A stretch of DNA of 64,000 bases. It comes from Callorhinchus milii. Its lineage: Eukaryota. The translations under genes and the position numbers were made by a program. Location of the stretch: contig NW_024704756.1 of NCBI RefSeq assembly GCF_018977255.1, positions 17,050,001 through 17,114,000 on the forward strand, read 5' to 3'. The notes under the pieces are model-generated. The model saw nothing but the letters and a program-made list of their open reading frames with translations. It did not search any database and was not told the origin of the DNA. Positions 59,050 through 64,000 of this stretch are shown in pieces (the first letter of the stretch is position 1; each line of letters begins with the position of its first letter).

Positions 59050-61500
59050 ATAAATCAAATAATTATACCTTGGTTGTGGGTGAGGGGAAGAAAATTTCCG
59101 ACATGCATTTTTACGGCTAAGTGATGCATCGTCTTCGTATGATAGGAGGAAGCAAGCTTGAAGACATAACAGTAACATTTCTGAAATTTAAATTGAAAAT
59201 ATAGATCTGGATATGCTAAGTTTAGTGATGTATAGTAGTGCCAAAATATCATGATTTCTGAGACAGTGTCAGTGAACCATTTTCCATGTTTATTGTTACT
59301 CTGAGCATATTTGCCCCAGAAACTAATTGCTGTGCCATGGGGACACATCGGGCAGATTGATGTCTTTTCCCATTGTCATCACCTTCTCAACTTGTTCCAG
59401 GGGAGATATTGGCTATTCTTCATCAATCCATGCCCTTGTGCAGTCCCTTACAATACTTAGATGTGGACTAACATCATCAACTTACGTAGTACAGTATTTT
59501 AGACGTAGACTCGCATATTTATCGAATCAGATTGGCTTTTGTGGCAATCTGCTCACCACTGGAACAAAACCAGTAACTCTTTTCCACTCAGGTGCAGGAT
59601 GTAGGCACTCTGAACTCACTTGAATGATCTGAAACACATCTATGTTCTGAAGCCAACATTCAATTCTTCCATGGATGAATTACCCCCTGAGCGAGGTTAC
59701 CACCCTTTGAAGGATTTTTTCAAAACTCAGATGCCATTGCCTTGGATATATATCAATAAAACAAAATGACATTTACATATAGAAAAGAGATCAAGATGAA
59801 CAGTGTTCTTATTCTCATCGTGAATGGATACACTTTCGTTGTAAACATTTAAATTATTTTTATTTTTAAAGTTAAAAAGGTTTTTTTACTTCTGCCTCCA
59901 GGGTTGTCTTATCTCCCTTTATTATCTTTGTATTTCCCCTCTACTTTTAATCTAGGTTTAATGTAGAGTGGATCTTAAGCAGATTGCTTTTTCACATTCC
60001 TCAGTATATTGCTGGTGATCTCAGTGTGAGATTTTCCTACCTGTACTGCACCTACAGTCACACACCATTGGCCTTAATGAATGGTGCTTCTCTTTCAACA
60101 TTGCAATCCACCCAAACAACCTGATTGAAGTGTTTATTGGATTGCTCTATTTGATATCTGGCACAGAAACACTCTTGAAATATATGCCTGCCTTCGAACC
60201 ACTTCGTATTGACCTGCAGTCTTCCCATAGTCTGCTCTATTCTTGCCTGCTTGTTAGTATTTTACGACATTACCATGTATATATGACATTGGTAGAAATC
60301 AATATCGTAAAACATGTTTTAGACCTCAGATCTGAGTGACTTTTAGAAAGATTTTCAAGTATAAATTATGTTGCAACAAAGAAGTGATTTTTTGTTTAAT
60401 GTTTTTGTGTTGGATGAGTAGCTCCAGCAGCAATAGGGGGTTATTTACTATGGAAGGAACAGCATCACCTGATATCTCACATTATGTGGAAACTTAATCC
60501 ATACCTGGGATCTGAACTAATTATGCACCACTTTATCCACCATTTAATTCTATGGATTCTCGTAAACAAAAAGTTCTGTCTTGGAGGACAGCATTAGCTT
60601 TAATTTCATACAGTAGAGTTAGTGAATTATAAGCCTTGTTGATTGTTTACAAAGTAAACCAAATGTTTAGTTTCCTAACACAACTCACTTAAAGCTGAAA
60701 CAAAATTACCTGAAGTTATTTCACACTTGTACCTTTGTCAGGAAGTTTACCGTTCCGTCTTTGTACCCTCCTTCACATTGTTCTGCTTACATAACAATTA
60801 CTTCATTTCTAATTATTTTCTTTGTGTAGTGAGCTTTGAGACGTTCATCCAGTATGAAAGGTTGTATACAAATGCAAGTCATTTTTGTTATTCTGAGTTG
60901 GAGCTCAAATGTCATTGTGTTGCTGCTGAAGGAACTTTATATATTACATTACTGGTTTGTCTTTGGAGGCTATTTGGTATTGTAAAATTGTTAGATTTCC
61001 CAATTGCAGGTTGATCAAGGCCTGACTCCACATTCAGGAAATCTAACCTTGTTCTATGTATATGAAGACTTGTTTTCATCTTGTAAGTATTGAGATGACA
61101 TCAACATATTTTCACATAAATGTTTTGAATTTATTTCTAATCTGGAGAACAGATTTATTTAGATAACATAATTTCTTGTATAATCATGCATCAAGTATAG
61201 TTGATGGGCAGCCATTGTTTTCAATCGTAGGCCTGTGTAGTCCATTGGATGAATGCCAATCGATATCAGACATTCTTTATTTATGTTCCAGTGTATCCAA
61301 CTTAGTGCCTCACCTTTTCGAAGTCAATATATGGAGCAATAGATCTAAAAATATTCTCCTTTGAGGGCTGCTAACAGAACTGTCTGGCATATCTCTTCGG
61401 AATATGTCCTGAGTAGTCTGAAGCACTCTTGATCATGGTTGACCAGCTGTCTGGCTCATCAATGACACTTCAAGGTGTAGACATGTTCTCAACCTTGTAA
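59050..61500 (-). mobile_element. Possible ancient Ty3/Gypsy pol remnant (RT ~61500-61200; RNaseH-integrase linker/zinc finger ~59700-59300)
   Basis: Minus-strand translations: IDEPDSWSTMI, ALKGEYF, KLD..HWNI (RT-like), and LQNID..IIQ..SYW, LRKLMM, PHLSIVRDCTRA..EQVEKVM, VSPW (integrase N-terminus-like), in Gypsy domain order; many stops and frameshifts. Confidence 0.35.
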
Positions 61501-61745
61501 CCTGAAGTCTTAGCTTATATGATAGTTGAGCTCAGTGGTAGCCAACCTTTATTGTCGGCCAAGAAAATAATGTACTTGATTGAATATGCCTTGATTTATG
61601 CAATGAATCAAGAAATATTCAATGAAGAAAAAAAGAAAATACATTACCGATCAAACACAGACTTACCTAGACTTGTACGAATGTTCGGCAGGGGTGGCTT
61701 CTTGAAACAAGTAAACATTCCTGGATATTTTCTTTCCTGGTTTAG

Positions 61746-61897
61746 ATTGGATAATACAAAGAATCTCAGTCTCCAGATGGATTACTTTTTTCAACCTCAA
61801 AAAACCTGTCTGATTTGCGGTGACGAGGCATCAGGATGCCACTATGGAGCCCTCACCTGTGGCAGCTGCAAAGTGTTCTTCAAGCGAGCAGCTGAAG
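61746..61897 (+). CDS. AR: Androgen receptor exon 2 (first zinc finger of the DNA-binding domain)
   Basis: Acceptor ttttctttcctggtttag|A and donor GAAG|GTAAAG; 152 bp, the human AR exon 2 length. CG+A joins in frame: [53 protein letters not shown]-box GSCKV marks NR3C; [20 protein letters not shown] and KRAAEG are AR-type. Confidence 0.98.
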
Positions 61898-62129
61898 GTA
61901 AAGGCATCAACGTTCATTTATCCCTATTCGATGGTGAGATCACATTTCCAGTACTAAGTAACACGGCTATGAATGATCTGATGATATCATGCATTCGTGT
62001 TTTTTTTCTTAGTTCCAAACTTTTGCTTATTTGAAATACTTCAATCTAAGACGGTGTATATTAAACATGTCTTCCTTCAATATGGGCAGAACAACTTTGC
62101 AAACCAAGAACACAGGAGGCCATTCTTCC

Positions 62130-62570
62130 AGACCAGTTCATTAGGCCAAACTCCACTGGCTCCCAATCACCGAACGGATCGACTTCAAGATCCTCTCACT
62201 CTTGTGTTCAAATCCCTTCACTCTCTGGCACCTCCCTACCTCTCCGACCTCCTCACTCCCCAATCCACTGAACGATGCCTCCTCTTAACTGGCACCGGCC
62301 TCCTGTTCATCCCTCGGACCCTCCGACCCACCATTGGAGGTCGCGCTTTCAGCCACTACGCCCCAAAACTTTGGAACATTCTCCCTCAATCCCTCCGCCT
62401 TGCCCCCTCCCCTCTTTCAAGTCCCGCCTGAAGACTTTCCTGTTCAAACGTACTTACGGTCACCTCCCCCTCTCCCTGGGCTCGGAGTCAGGCTCCACCA
62501 CTGTTAAGTGCTCTGAGACGCTACTCTGGGTGGAGGGCGCTATATAAGTGCAAGTAGTTATTATTGTATT
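62130..62570 (+). mobile_element. L2-clade LINE 3' end in intron 2
   Basis: LHWLPITERIDFKIL..LVFKSLHSLAPPYLSDLL..IGGRAFSHYAPKLWNILPQSLR..FKSRLKTFLF; tail gagggcgctatataagtgcaagtagttatt. Confidence 0.88.
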
Positions 62571-63943
62571 AGATCTTAGCAGATCCTTAAATTCCAATAC
62601 CCTGAGCCAGGTGGGTCCACTGTACTCCAGGGCATTGCTGATGACACACCAGTAGTCTGGCTCATTGGCAAGACTTGGAAGGACAGACCAGTCACTGGGA
62701 GCAGAGATTCTTCCCACTCAGCTCCTGTTAACCCTGGAGGCCAAAGCCCTATCACGTAGGATAGTGCTAGGTGGACAAACGGGTTGCTTGCCAGAACTAC
62801 TCTCAGTGGAAAGCTTTGCGGTTTTAACTGGTTAGACTTCAACATTACCCCAACGTACACTCTGTTCACCAACCTGCACCTGATCGTCACCGGAATTAGG
62901 CAAACAGGGTGTGTCCCTCCAGGGAGAAAGTGGGCATTTCATTCTAAACACAAGAATATTTCCATGTGTAGGTGGCACACATTTCTGGCACTCTCAATCT
63001 GGTTTAGATATCCTTAAGCATTATGATGGGTTTCCGCATGTGTCAGCCATCTGGCTGACCAAAAAAGCTGAGGAGCGTGCTTGCTCCCTCTGCCTGTGGC
63101 TCTCCAAAAGGAACCATACTAGCTTCATGTAAGCTGTAATTTGTGTGCCAGCTGCACAAACACAAATAGACAACCTACAGATGCATACAAAGACAAAAGA
63201 AAATGAATGGCAAAAAATTAAGAGAAAAGGAAAGCAAAATGAATTCACCAAAATCAAGAAACATTTTGTGTTTCCTACTGTATTTCATTGTCAAACCTAA
63301 ATGTTGTAAATTGTATGAGGGGATTTTAGTAGTTCATCAAAATTGGCAGTTAACAAAGCCTGAATTCCGTCTTCCATTGAAAATATTTGTATGTCAGCCA
63401 ATATGCTTTGTCTGCAAAAGATTATATTTTAACAGACCTTGAACGTTATTGTATCTCCTTTTATGAGCCTGCACAACTCATAATTAAAAAATGTATATTA
63501 ATATAAACATGCCTTCACATCTGCCAAAATATTGTGCTTGAATTTTCTGTAAAATATAGAATTTTACTTTTGAAAACAGTCTAAAGCACATCCTTCTCAT
63601 GGCAGTCCATCTCTAAGTTGCAGTCATTAAAATCCCTACAATTTATTAACAATTATGTATTAATACATTCATATAGACATCAATGAATTTCTTTGTAATT
63701 CAGGAGATACCGATGTTTTGCAACATTCTAAGTTATTTTACACCTTAACTAAACGTCCTGCTTCATCGCTGAATGACAGAGATGGTGGCTGAGCCACAGC
63801 TGTTTAAGTAAAAGTATTCTCACTATAAAAAAACTGGATAGTTGGCAAAGGACTACAGGCCAGGATCTAATGTTAAGGTTTTGGTATCTGGCAAACCATT
63901 TTTTCAGAATATAAAATCTTACTGCAGCTTCAGTAGTGAAGCA

Positions 63944-64000
63944 CAACAACACCAACAACAAGATTACATTTGTGTAGCGCCTTTCACGTCGGGAGGACGT
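63944..64000 (-). mobile_element. L2-type 3' tail (element continues beyond the window)
   Basis: Reverse complement acgtcctcccgacgtgaaaggcgctacacaaatgtaatcttgttgttg; the same tail occurs at ~11700-11765, ~20590-20655 and ~50950-51010. Confidence 0.8.

Larger units (their letters stand above)
32390..61745 (+). other. AR: AR intron 1 (29,356 bp, GT-AG, phase 2)
   Basis: Defined by the exon 1 donor and exon 2 acceptor; reading frame is preserved across the junction. Confidence 0.93.
61898..64000 (+). other. AR: AR intron 2 (start; runs off the window)
   Basis: GTAAAG donor after exon 2; no exon 3 (second zinc finger) found before the window ends. Confidence 0.9.

Noticed and set aside
61746-61897. 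Alternative assignment to PGR, NR3C1 or NR3C2
   Set aside because: HYGALT, KRAAEG and QKTCLIC, together with the ANTS motif in exon 1, are AR-diagnostic.

Overview
Vertebrate genomic DNA containing the 5' part of the androgen receptor gene (AR/NR3C4) on the + strand. The repeat content (Deu-type and tRNA-derived SINEs, L2 and CR1 LINEs) suggests a cartilaginous fish, probably a holocephalan; this is an inference. AR has a very GC-rich coding exon 1 (30933-32389, N-terminal domain with the ANTS signature and two SUMO motifs), a 29.4-kb intron 1, and the canonical 152-bp exon 2 encoding zinc finger 1 (61746-61897). The first ~28 kb are gene-free, relatively GC-rich and dense in SINEs, LINE fragments and mini/microsatellites. 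Intron 1 becomes AT-rich after ~34.6 kb and carries older TE fossils. Most notable observations: (1) a diverged ~120-bp direct duplication brackets AR exon 1; (2) both the FxxLF and WxxLF N/C-interaction motifs are absent from this AR; (3) a GACA/GATA satellite runs to within a few bases of the start codon; (4) a 27-copy minisatellite is built from a SINE 5' terminus; (5) a 12-copy dimeric minisatellite with nuclear-receptor DR0-like sites lies upstream of the promoter; (6) the SINEs appear modular, with head, body and tail swapping. No prokaryotic-type system (CRISPR etc.) is supported. Repeat boundaries are approximate and family names come from recalled consensus features, not database searches.
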